64,000 nucleotides of DNA, taken from Candidatus Woesebacteria bacterium (GTDB lineage: Bacteria; Patescibacteriota; Microgenomatia; UBA1400; UBA12108). The position numbers and the translations under genes were made by a program. This document shows positions 1 through 8,417 of the stretch, one piece after another (position 1 is the first letter of the stretch; every line of letters begins with the position of its first letter). The stretch is taken from the NCBI GenBank assembly GCA_018060845.1, contig JAGOVG010000005.1, positions 2,530 to 66,529 of the forward strand. Reading direction: 5' to 3'. The notes beneath the pieces are model-generated. The model worked only from the letters and a program-made list of their open reading frames with translations, was not told the DNA's origin and did not search any database.

Positions 1-502
1 GGTATTTGAGCAGGAGCTCTGTCTGTGTCCCTTTGCCACTACCATCTGTCCCATCTATTACGATTAGCTTGCCCTTGCGTTTGTGCATGACGACAAAGTA
101 ATCTAGGTTTTTCCGTAGAACTGTTCTAATGTTGCCTTTGGTATAGTGGGCCACATACACCTCTGGGTGTCCTTCGATCATCATAGGGAGCGGGCGATCA
201 GCCTCTTTGTAATACAAAACTAGTACTGGTTTATCCTTGGATAGCGCATGCTCCATGAGGAAGGCTGTCCCCCAAGACGGCTTGGTCACGTCAGCAATTA
301 GAGCGTCAGCTTGGTCTATTAGGATAGTCTCACGCTTATAGAGCGCGGCAGCTGACAGGTTGTCGCCTACCGGCATCTCAGGGTCTACCACGTGGCTGTT
401 AATGACTGTGTGTCCCAGTTTTTTGACCTCAGCCACAATCTGTCGATAAACAGGTAGCATTGTGCGATCTAGTGATACTGCTGCTGCAAAATATACTTTC
501 AT
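1..502 (-). CDS. tmk: Partial CDS (start ATG at 502, runs off the window). The N-terminal ~135 aa look like a nucleoside 2-deoxyribosyltransferase/DNPH1(Rcl)-like domain (MKVYFAAAV..., GTAFLMEHA). This continues in-frame with no stop into a thymidylate kinase N-terminus (KGKLIVIDGTDGSGKGTQ P-loop).
   Basis: Manual translation of the minus strand from 502 to 1. Tmk P-loop motif and Rcl-like GTAF(E/L)xG motif. No stop between the two domains. Confidence 0.5.
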   Translation of the reverse strand, partial: MKVYFAAAVSLDRTMLPVYRQIVAEVKKLGHTVINSHVVDPEMPVGDNLSAAALYKRETILIDQADALIADVTKPSWGTAFLMEHALSKDKPVLVLYYKEADRPLPMMIEGHPEVYVAHYTKGNIRTVLRKNLDYFVVMHKRKGKLIVIDGTDGSGKGTQTELLLKY

Positions 503-565
503 GGCTCAACTAGTCTACACAATAAATATCTCCTCAACAAGGCAATCAAACTATGACACTCCCTA

Positions 566-2776
566 CTACCCACACACAGCAAAACCACACCCGTAGCACT
601 TCTTACACCCCTCTTCTCTCACGAGTTTGCCGCCACAGTTCGGACACTCCATTCCCAACTCGTTATCCTTCTTCTGATTTACTGATTTGCCGACTCTCTG
701 AGTATTCTGGTTGTCCGACTTATCTGCTTTACCTACATTTAACACTTGAATGTCGCGTGAACCATCCCTATACACTGTAATCCCCTTACATTTGAGCTCC
801 GAAGCTAGGTAAAAGACGTCAAGGACATCGTCGACTGTGGCACTATTGGGTAGGTTAATAGTTTTACTAACTGCGTTGTCAGTATATTTTTGAAACGCCG
901 CAAGCATGGCTACATGTTCGCCCGCTGTCAGATCCATTGCTGTAATAAAGACGTCGCGAATCTCCTTGGGTATAGCCTCAATGTGCTGGATGCTCCCGAG
1001 GCGCGCGATCTCATCCATGAGCTCAGGCGAATAAAGACCGTTAACATGCTTGATTGCTTTGACCAGATCTGCATTAACCTCAGGCAGCGTGTAACTCCCC
1101 ATGCTTTTTCGGTAATATGCCAGAGCAAAGTGTGGCTCAATGCCACCTGAGGCGTTGGCCATCATACTGATAGTGCCGGTTGGAGCGATCGTTGTGACAG
1201 TGGCATTACGAAAATGTTTATAACCTCGCTTTTGCCAGAGTGATCCCTTAAAGTTAGGGAAGCTCCCCTTCTCTTTGCCCAGTTTAGCCGAGGTCTCCCA
1301 GCCGTTCTTCCTAACAAAGCTCATAACTTTCTCTGCCAAGTCGAGCGCTTCTTTTGAGTTATAGGGGATGTGTAGTTTGACGAGCATGTCTGCCCAGCCC
1401 ATGACACCGAGCCCTATCTTTCTGTTACCCCTCACTACTTCTGCCACTTTTTTGAGAGGGTACTCACAAACAGATACCACGTCATCGAGCATTCGAACAG
1501 AGATCTCGACACTCTCCCGGAGCTTGTCCCAGTCAATATGACTATCACCATTAGTCCCAGCCACATGTACTGCTAGGTTAATACTACCTAGGTTACAGGC
1601 TTCGTATGATAAGAGCGGCTGCTCCCCACACAGGTTAACTGTCTCTAGCACTCCGACGTGAGGGGTTGGATTGTATTTATTGATCTCGTCAACAAAAATA
1701 AGTCCTGGATCTCCGTTCTTCCAGGCCATCCTAGCTGCCTCTTCGAGTATCCCTCTGGCCGAGACTCGCGATGTTACTTGGCCGGTCCTAGGATTAATGA
1801 GCTCCCATTCTGCATTATTCTTGGCTGCCTCCATAAACTTGTGAGTGAGCGCTATCGAGTAGTTAATATGTGGCAGGTTGAGCCCAGATTCTTTGCAGTG
1901 GATAAAGTCGATTATGTCGGGGTGCGAAACTGGGATACTCACCATATTACCGCTTCGTCGTTTACCTGCTTGTAGATATATATCTGAGGCGTCGTTAATC
2001 AGCTGCATGAGTGCAACTGGCCCACAGGCTGCACCTGAGGTAGTGCTCACTGCATCATCTTTGGGTCTAATGTGTCCAAAAGTAAAGCCTACTCCCCCTC
2101 CATATTTTTTTAGTATCGAAGATTCTTTAAGTGATTCAAAGATCCCCTCGATATTGTCGGGCATTGGCATAACAAAACAGTTGGCTAGTTGGTTGTTGGG
2201 CGTACCTGAGTTAGCGAGTGTCCGCCCTCCAGGCATAAATCTAAGCTCCCTCATGACCATCTCAAACTTTTCTTGCCAAACCTTTTTATCTTTCTTTTCA
2301 CTACTGGCGAGGAACTTGGCAGTACGTCTAAACATCTCCCCAACAGTTTCTGCTACTTCGCCACTCTCGTCTTTTAAGATATATTTTTCTTTTGCGACAG
2401 TCAGTGCATTAAGGGTGAGGCCCACTTCATCATGCACACCTAGTGCATGCTTGGCCGATTCGACCTGTCTCTTCTTTTCTCTGTTTAAAATATAGGCTTT
2501 GGCAGTTTTGTAATGCGATTTTTCTAGTAGCACCCTCTCGACCATATCCCCTATCTCTGCACTAGTTACCTGGGTCAGTCTGCCATACTGCTTTTTGAGT
2601 CGCTCTAATACCTCTGCCCCTAGCTGGGCTGCTAGACTTCGATCAGTCCCGCCCGCGTCTTGAGCTGCCAGGAAGATTGAATCAGCGATCTTAGGTAGCT
2701 CCAATGCCTGCTCCCTCTCATTGCGCTTAAGTACTACTAACTTGTTGCCTGCTGCTTTTGTCTTTTTACTTCTCAT
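566..2776 (-). CDS. nrdJ: Adenosylcobalamin-dependent (class II) ribonucleotide reductase with an N-terminal ATP-cone and a C-terminal Cys4 zinc ribbon.
   Basis: 736 aa. NLCGEQPLLSYEACNLGSINLA active-site motif is typical of class II RNR. ATP-cone at the N-terminus. CPNCGG...CKKCYGCG at the C-terminus. Confidence 0.85.
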   Translation of the reverse strand: MRSKKTKAAGNKLVVLKRNEREQALELPKIADSIFLAAQDAGGTDRSLAAQLGAEVLERLKKQYGRLTQVTSAEIGDMVERVLLEKSHYKTAKAYILNREKKRQVESAKHALGVHDEVGLTLNALTVAKEKYILKDESGEVAETVGEMFRRTAKFLASSEKKDKKVWQEKFEMVMRELRFMPGGRTLANSGTPNNQLANCFVMPMPDNIEGIFESLKESSILKKYGGGVGFTFGHIRPKDDAVSTTSGAACGPVALMQLINDASDIYLQAGKRRSGNMVSIPVSHPDIIDFIHCKESGLNLPHINYSIALTHKFMEAAKNNAEWELINPRTGQVTSRVSARGILEEAARMAWKNGDPGLIFVDEINKYNPTPHVGVLETVNLCGEQPLLSYEACNLGSINLAVHVAGTNGDSHIDWDKLRESVEISVRMLDDVVSVCEYPLKKVAEVVRGNRKIGLGVMGWADMLVKLHIPYNSKEALDLAEKVMSFVRKNGWETSAKLGKEKGSFPNFKGSLWQKRGYKHFRNATVTTIAPTGTISMMANASGGIEPHFALAYYRKSMGSYTLPEVNADLVKAIKHVNGLYSPELMDEIARLGSIQHIEAIPKEIRDVFITAMDLTAGEHVAMLAAFQKYTDNAVSKTINLPNSATVDDVLDVFYLASELKCKGITVYRDGSRDIQVLNVGKADKSDNQNTQRVGKSVNQKKDNELGMECPNCGGKLVREEGCKKCYGCGFAVCG

Positions 2777-2956
2777 CGTCCATCCATACTACCCGACAAT
2801 CTCCATCCAGTGCAATAATACAAAGTAGAACAGTAGGGAGCGTAGACGTACTTTTTTTGCGCAGTGTAGTATGAGTAATCAAGCAAAATTGTCTGAGCAA
2901 GCAAAGCGGTCGAAGATAATTTTACCTGAAACGAATGTCACGCCAGCACAAAAATG

Positions 2957-4954
2957 TTAAGTCTCAGCGACTACAGACTTAACCGGCAACTTCCATGCCG
3001 CCCACTTACACTCCGGGTACTTCTCGCACCCATAAAACTTGCCCTTCCTGCTCTTCTTTATCACTACTCTCCCACCACACGTAGGACACAGATTCGCTCC
3101 CGCATACTCTACATACTGCGCCTTATAATCACATTCAGGATATCTATTACATGAGAGGAACTTGCCAAACTTACCTGTTCGGATTATGACCTCGCCCTCC
3201 TTACATTTGGGACATTGCTCACCCGTTGACTCGACCTGGACCTTTACCCTTTCACCTTTTTCCTCAACTAGCTTTACTGTCTCATTCATCGGCGTCCAGA
3301 ACGACCTAACCACATCGACCCACTTCTTTTTCCCATCTGCTACCGCATCTAGGTCTGACTCCATCCTGGCGGTAAACTCATACGCCATCACGTTCTCAAA
3401 GTTAGCAGTCAAAAACTCGACAACTGCAATCCCGACTGCAGTCGGGTGGAACCGCTTTTCTTCTTTGGTCACATAACCCCTGTCCTGGATCGTGCTGATA
3501 ATCGCCGCATAGGTGCTAGGCCGGCCGATCCCTCTCTTCTCTAGTTCTTTGATCAGCCCTGCCTCGCTATAGCGAGCAGGTGGCTGGGTAAACTTTTGAG
3601 TTGATTCGACTTTGATTAGCGGTAATACCTCACCGCTTGTTACTTGTGGTAGGAATACATCGTCTGCACTCTTGCCAAGTTTCATATACCCATCAAAGAT
3701 CATTCGCTTACCATCAGCCTTGAGCTCATACATTGTTGCATTGTTGCTCTGTTGCGTTGTTGCACTTACCAATATTGTCGTTTTATCAAATCGAGCATCC
3801 TGCATTTGGCACTGCATAAATCTAGTTCGGATCAGCTCATACAGCTTTTTGTCCCTACCCTCTAGCTCTGGAGATGCACTCACGTTTGTCGGTCTTATCG
3901 CCTCATGAGCTTCTTGGGCGCTCGCAGCCTTAGTTTTATATACCCTCGGAGCAGGTGGTAAATACTCAGCACCAAATGAGCTTAATATGTAGCTCCTAGC
4001 AGCCTCAACCGCTTCTGTCGCTAGATTATATGAGTCTGTTCGGTGGTAAGTAATTAATCCTCGCTCATAGAGTGACTGTGCTATCTGCATAGTCTGCTTG
4101 GCAGAGTATCCAAACATATTAGATCCAGCTCGCTGCAGTAGCGAGGTAGTAAATGGTGGCTGAGGTGAGCTTTTTTGCTCCTCATTACTAACTCCTAATA
4201 CAGTATAGGTCGCCTCTTCTAGGTCTTTTACGACCTTGCCTGCAGTTTCACTATTATTTATTTTCGCGGTTTTACCATCTATCCTTACTAGTTCGACCCT
4301 TAGTTCTCTTTCACCTTGTCCCTTGTCGCTTGTCCCTCCCACTGATCTAAGATCAGTAAAAATCTCCCAATATTCATCCGCAACAAAAGCGTTAATCTCT
4401 TTTTCTTTATCGACGATTAGTCGGACAGATACCGATTGGACACGCCCAGCCGATAACCCTCTCCTCACCTTTTTCCACAGTACCGGCGAGAGTGTGTAGC
4501 CCACGAGCCTATCTAGCACCCGACGTGCCTGCTGCGCATTCACTAGATCCATATTAACCACACCTGGGTGGTTTAATGCTTCAAGTATCGCGGTCTTGGT
4601 GATTTCATGAAATGTTACTCTCTTGAACCTTGTCCCTTGAACCTTGTCCCTACTATCTGACAGCAAATACTGGACATGGTAAGAGATCGCCTCTCCCTCG
4701 CGGTCTGGGTCAGTTGCCAGATAGATGATGTTGGCTTTTTTTGCTAATGCCTTAAGCTCAGACACTCGCTTCTTTTTTGAAGATAGTACCTGATAGTTAG
4801 GCTCAAAGTCATGGTCTACATCAATAGCTAGTCCGCCACCTTTTTCTGGTAGATCACGGATGTGTCCCATCGACGCTTCGATCGCATACTCACGTCCGAG
4901 GAACCTCGATAGTGTCTTAGCTTTGGTGGGTGACTCAACAATTACTAAATCCAT
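2957..4954 (-). CDS. topA: DNA topoisomerase I
   Basis: 665 aa. Toprim N-terminus (VIVESPTKAKTL...HIRDLP). Catalytic Tyr region. C-terminal Zn-ribbon repeats (CPKC...C..C). Confidence 0.9.
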   Translation of the reverse strand: MDLVIVESPTKAKTLSRFLGREYAIEASMGHIRDLPEKGGGLAIDVDHDFEPNYQVLSSKKKRVSELKALAKKANIIYLATDPDREGEAISYHVQYLLSDSRDKVQGTRFKRVTFHEITKTAILEALNHPGVVNMDLVNAQQARRVLDRLVGYTLSPVLWKKVRRGLSAGRVQSVSVRLIVDKEKEINAFVADEYWEIFTDLRSVGGTSDKGQGERELRVELVRIDGKTAKINNSETAGKVVKDLEEATYTVLGVSNEEQKSSPQPPFTTSLLQRAGSNMFGYSAKQTMQIAQSLYERGLITYHRTDSYNLATEAVEAARSYILSSFGAEYLPPAPRVYKTKAASAQEAHEAIRPTNVSASPELEGRDKKLYELIRTRFMQCQMQDARFDKTTILVSATTQQSNNATMYELKADGKRMIFDGYMKLGKSADDVFLPQVTSGEVLPLIKVESTQKFTQPPARYSEAGLIKELEKRGIGRPSTYAAIISTIQDRGYVTKEEKRFHPTAVGIAVVEFLTANFENVMAYEFTARMESDLDAVADGKKKWVDVVRSFWTPMNETVKLVEEKGERVKVQVESTGEQCPKCKEGEVIIRTGKFGKFLSCNRYPECDYKAQYVEYAGANLCPTCGGRVVIKKSRKGKFYGCEKYPECKWAAWKLPVKSVVAET

Positions 4955-4973
4955 ATGTGATTAAAATACGCGC

Positions 4974-5522
4974 TTATGCCAGGCGTGTCAACAAATCTGC
5001 TACCACTTCCTCAACTATCTTGCCTACTATTTTCCTCTCATCAGGTCCAAAATCTTGCAGACTATAAACTACTCCTGGTACTCCTTTATTCCCCCTAACT
5101 TCCCTATTCTCTACACCGACTCGCACATTCCAATACAGGTTAGTCCCTAGTGTTTGCTCGACCGACAGCAAACCATTGTGTACCTTAGGCGCTTTGCCAT
5201 GCTGGATCTTATAACTGCCGAGTGGTATATCCAGGTCATCATGAATAATAAAGATGTCCTCACTCTTTATCTTGTAAAAGCGTGAAATTGCAGAGACTGC
5301 TTTGCCACTGTCGTTCATAAAAGTGGTTGGTTTTGCGAGCACATAATCTTTTGTCTGAACAATCTCGGCATCAAATTTGGATTTTAACTGAAAGTTTAAT
5401 TCTTCACTTTCATCTTTAACCTTTAACCTTTTTACTAGTTCGTCGACCACCACAAACCCAATATTATGTCGGTTATTCTTATATTTTTCACCTGGATTGC
5501 CCAGTCCTACAACTAACTTCAT
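4974..5522 (-). CDS. pth: Peptidyl-tRNA hydrolase. Start moved to the internal Met (MKLVVGLGNPG); the track ORF extends upstream into the repeat element.
   Basis: GLGNPGxxY...RHNxG Pth signature. Conserved D/H/N residues. Confidence 0.85.
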   Translation of the reverse strand: MKLVVGLGNPGEKYKNNRHNIGFVVVDELVKRLKVKDESEELNFQLKSKFDAEIVQTKDYVLAKPTTFMNDSGKAVSAISRFYKIKSEDIFIIHDDLDIPLGSYKIQHGKAPKVHNGLLSVEQTLGTNLYWNVRVGVENREVRGNKGVPGVVYSLQDFGPDERKIVGKIVEEVVADLLTRLA

Positions 5523-5564
5523 AAAAAGATCATACACTAAGTAACACAGTGAGCTAAGAGTGCA

Positions 5565-5668
5565 GAAGTATTTTGTAGTCGAAAAATTTTGCGCAGGCCG
5601 GGTAGGCCGAGCTCGAGGTCGCCCCGCCAGCTGGCGGGGATAGACCGCTTTTTCGCACAAAGTACTTC
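5565..5668. repeat. Structured ~100-nt repeat element, family R1, copy 1. Terminal inverted repeats gaagtattttg / caaagtacttc enclose a conserved core (aaaaattttgcgcagg.cgggtag.ccgagctcgaggtcgc) and a variable inner hairpin (ccccgccagctggcgggg).
   Basis: Direct comparison with the copies at 11572, 16627 and 55987. Confidence 0.7.
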
Positions 5669-5687
5669 GAACTCTGTATGCGAACTA

Positions 5688-6275
5688 TTAATTACCCTGC
5701 AGTTTCTTTATCAAATCTTCAGGACTCCCGACCGGCACTCCCCCATTCTCTATTATCTCTATCGTCCCCGCAAAACTCGGGTCATCTACTGGACCAGGTA
5801 TCACGTAGACATCTCTTCCCAGCTCTGCTGCGTGCTTAACCGTATTCTTGACTCCACTCTTATGAGGTGAACATGTCACTAGGACTGCATCTGACAGCTT
5901 AACCAGCAACTCATTTCGCACAAAAAACTGCTCCCGTGTCGGCCTATTCCCCTCTGGGTACGCACTCGCTAGTAGTCCACCAGCGTCTAGTATCTCCTGC
6001 TTAAGACTTTTATGCTCTAACGGATAACAATAATCTAACCCATGCGCTAGAACTGCAATAGTCTTACCTCCCATTTTGATAGCTGTTCTATGCGCAATAG
6101 CATCTACCCCGAGCGCCAGTCCCGACACTATGGCATATCCTGCTTTTACCAGCGCAGCCACAAACTGCTCAGTCACCCGGACCCCATATGGGCTCACTGC
6201 CCTAGTTCCCACTACCGCGATCCGTGGCATCGATAGGCATGTCTGGTCTCCCAACAAATATACATCTCGACTCAT
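5688..6275 (-). CDS. dprA: DNA processing protein DprA/Smf (Rossmann-fold DNA-binding domain). The start is probably an internal Met (MSRDVYLLG).
   Basis: VSGLALGVDAIAHRTA... and GTxxT-type motifs typical of DprA. The track ORF starts at GTG. Confidence 0.7.
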   Translation of the reverse strand: MSRDVYLLGDQTCLSMPRIAVVGTRAVSPYGVRVTEQFVAALVKAGYAIVSGLALGVDAIAHRTAIKMGGKTIAVLAHGLDYCYPLEHKSLKQEILDAGGLLASAYPEGNRPTREQFFVRNELLVKLSDAVLVTCSPHKSGVKNTVKHAAELGRDVYVIPGPVDDPSFAGTIEIIENGGVPVGSPEDLIKKLQGN

Positions 6276-6293
6276 AGCGTTATAATAGCAAAA

Positions 6294-6332
6294 CACCCTC
6301 CTCTAGAGTGTCTTTCTCATTAGAGGAGGGTG
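6294..6332. terminator. Perfect 12-bp stem hairpin (caccctcctcta...tagaggagggtg). On the minus-strand transcript it is followed by UUUUGCUAUU, so it is a likely terminator of the small-gene operon upstream of dprA.
   Basis: Inverted repeat seen in the sequence, with a T-run on the minus strand. Confidence 0.5.
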
Positions 6333-6340
6333 TTCTAATC

Positions 6341-6472
6341 CTACTCTTCCACTAACAACATAACTGGAACATTGACAACTACTCCATCATCCAGAACGAC
6401 TTCCTTTAACCAAGTAGTCGGATCGTTAACATCAAAATCTGGATTTGTTTCTTCTAATTGTTCTACTGCCAT
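6341..6472 (-). CDS. Hypothetical 43-aa acidic peptide (MAVEQLEETNPDFDVNDPTTWLKEVVLDDGVVVNVPVMLLVEE). It has a strong RBS (AGGAGGTGAGTATAT-ATG) and lies immediately downstream of the Cys-rich 82-aa gene.
   Basis: Manual translation. Below the ORF-track length cutoff. RBS spacing is good. Confidence 0.3.
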   Translation of the reverse strand: MAVEQLEETNPDFDVNDPTTWLKEVVLDDGVVVNVPVMLLVEE

Positions 6473-6496
6473 ATATACTCACCTCCTTTCTATTAT

Positions 6497-6745
6497 TTAT
6501 TCTTGATAACCACATCTCCCTGTATGATTTTCTGCACTTATCCACCCAGCTGACGGGAAGATTCTAGCCATAATTGGACATTCTGTTGTGACTACTTGTC
6601 CTATGACTCGCAAATTCATACCTGATCTATCATCAGTGTTAGCATCAGTAATTTTCGGATTACAGACCGGAGCATTATCACAACCTCCACGACAAAATTT
6701 TTGAGTTAATCTTGATGTAGTGAATATATCTACTGTATTGGTCAT
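6497..6745 (-). CDS. Hypothetical Cys-rich small protein (82 aa; CRGGCDNAPVCNP...ECP...GRCGY).
   Basis: ORF with a C-x3-C-x5-C cluster plus two additional Cys residues. No recognisable family. Confidence 0.4.
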   Translation of the reverse strand: MTNTVDIFTTSRLTQKFCRGGCDNAPVCNPKITDANTDDRSGMNLRVIGQVVTTECPIMARIFPSAGWISAENHTGRCGYQE

Positions 6746-6755
6746 AAAATTCCAT

Positions 6756-6790
6756 TAAAAAACCCGCCTCTTGGTGCGGGTTTGTGTATT
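6756..6790. terminator. Bidirectional Rho-independent terminator (A-run, cccgc-ctcttggt-gcggg hairpin, T-run).
   Basis: GC hairpin flanked by A7 and T-rich runs. Lies between the convergent polyprenyl synthase and Cys-rich genes. Confidence 0.5.
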
Positions 6791-6941
6791 TTGCTTTTAA
6801 TTAAGCTATATATTTACACAATACCCAAAGCACCCCAGACGAGGAGGTGTTTAAAGTTAATGGTATAAATACGAGACTGGCTGTTCATAACTTTTGTAAG
6901 TATCCCAAAAACAGAATTCTCTTGCAATATATCAAAATATA

Positions 6942-7838
6942 TCAGTTTTGCCTGCTAGCCATCCAGTCCACTATTTCACGTAGCGTCGCATCATCCGTCG
7001 CGTCTTTTGCTAGCTCAGCGTGTCTTAGTATTTCAGCTTCCAGTTTTTCCTTCCCATACATCAGGGCAAAGCTATGCTTCCCCTCCCGAGCATCATTCCC
7101 GACGGGCTTACCAGTTTTACTGCTATCCCCCCACTCAGCCAGGTAATCATCACGGAGCTGAAACACCCATCCTAGCTCCATCCCATACTCAGTTAAGTTC
7201 TTTATTAATCCTGGCTTAGCGCCACCCAGTGTTGCTCCAAATACTAGCGGAAGTATGCAGCTGTACTCACCTGATTTGAGGGCCAGGATCTGCAGTAGAC
7301 TCGCTTCATCTGCTACCTGTAGCACATCTAGCATCTGCCCATATCCAACACGAGAAAAGTACTTCCCCCACACGGCCGTTGCATTTGTAATTTGTAAATT
7401 GGTTATTGGTAATTTAAGCGTAGCGAGCGTCTCCATCCCCCAACCAAATGTTAGATCCCCTGCACAGATGGCGAGAGCTTCGCCAGCGTGTCTATCACCA
7501 TACCTCGCATGCACTGTCGACACACCCCGTCGCAGATCATCCCGATCCATAATGTCGTCATGAATAAGGAGTCCTAGGTGAAATAGCTCCATAATTACTG
7601 CAGCTCGCACCACCTCACTCACACCCTCTTTGCTACCCCCAGCGATCTGGTAACCGAGGATAGTCAGTAGTCCGCGCATCCGCTTGCCACCATGCGAAAG
7701 CTCTCTCATGGCATTAACTGCCTTTACTAGTTCAGGTGAAATCTCTTTAACTTCCTCTAACCTCCTACCAAGCTCTGCCTCAATCTCAGTATCAATCAGT
7801 GGTTTCGATTGCTCAATAAAATTAGTTAACACGTTCAT
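6942..7838 (-). CDS. Polyprenyl diphosphate synthase (FPP/GGPP synthase family).
   Basis: Two Asp-rich motifs: LLIHDDIMDRDDLRRG and FQLRDDYLAEWGD. Confidence 0.85.
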   Translation of the reverse strand: MNVLTNFIEQSKPLIDTEIEAELGRRLEEVKEISPELVKAVNAMRELSHGGKRMRGLLTILGYQIAGGSKEGVSEVVRAAVIMELFHLGLLIHDDIMDRDDLRRGVSTVHARYGDRHAGEALAICAGDLTFGWGMETLATLKLPITNLQITNATAVWGKYFSRVGYGQMLDVLQVADEASLLQILALKSGEYSCILPLVFGATLGGAKPGLIKNLTEYGMELGWVFQLRDDYLAEWGDSSKTGKPVGNDAREGKHSFALMYGKEKLEAEILRHAELAKDATDDATLREIVDWMASRQN

Positions 7839-7875
7839 ATTGAATCATTATATTACTATATGCATATTCGGAATA

Positions 7876-8400
7876 TCACCTCAGAAGTAGGTGGAGGCTA
7901 AACGTTCCGTTATCAGCATCATTGGGATGTAAAAATCTATGCTTGTTTTTACCATCTGCAATATGCAATTCAACGTCAAATAATCCACTTTTATCAAACT
8001 CCTGTTTGAATATTCGACCAATTACCGGCGTTCCTGCATCGTATGTACTTTCTACCACACATAGACCACCACGATTCAAAACACGGACTAATCCTCTTAT
8101 AAAGGGCTTAATTTCGATTAATTCTTTGTCATATGGGGCAAGCAACAAGTTGGACGCAATGATTACATCAAATTTTGGATCCGAGTATCCAGCTGCAAAT
8201 TTTAGAAAACTAATTTCTTGATAGGTTGCTCCAGGAAAATTACCGAGATTAAATTGTAATTTGCGATCATCGACAAAAACGATATTTGCAGATGAAAATT
8301 TACTTAGATAATCATAAGATGGAAGAGGTCCAGGACCGATCTCTAATATCCTATCTGTTGAGCGAGGTTCATAGTCAAACCCCTTCTCTTGTCGAGACAT
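7876..8400 (-). CDS. Class I SAM-dependent methyltransferase-like protein.
   Basis: LEIGPGPLP motif I-like and VLNRGGLCVVE motif. 174 aa. Confidence 0.55.
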   Translation of the reverse strand: MSRQEKGFDYEPRSTDRILEIGPGPLPSYDYLSKFSSANIVFVDDRKLQFNLGNFPGATYQEISFLKFAAGYSDPKFDVIIASNLLLAPYDKELIEIKPFIRGLVRVLNRGGLCVVESTYDAGTPVIGRIFKQEFDKSGLFDVELHIADGKNKHRFLHPNDADNGTFSLHLLLR

Positions 8401-8417
8401 ATCTTTTCATCCTTCCT

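Noticed and set aside
890-2495. Antisense or embedded ORFs inside nrdJ (890..1150, 928..1146, 1658..1975, 1878..2495)
   Set aside because: They lie entirely within the strongly supported class II RNR CDS and have low-complexity products. Typical shadow ORFs. The same applies to 3162..3476, 3612..3908 and 4236..4499 in topA, 25280..25747 in the VirD4-like gene, 34391..34858 opposite the Pro-rich gene, 45409..46118 opposite rplJ/rplL, and 15538..16197 opposite mreB.
5589-5870. ORF-track proteins 5589..5870 and 16650..16841 share an identical N-terminus (MRRPGRPSSRSPRQLAGIDRFFAQST...)
   Set aside because: They are translations of two copies of the R1 repeat element, not a protein family. The similarity ends where the repeat ends.
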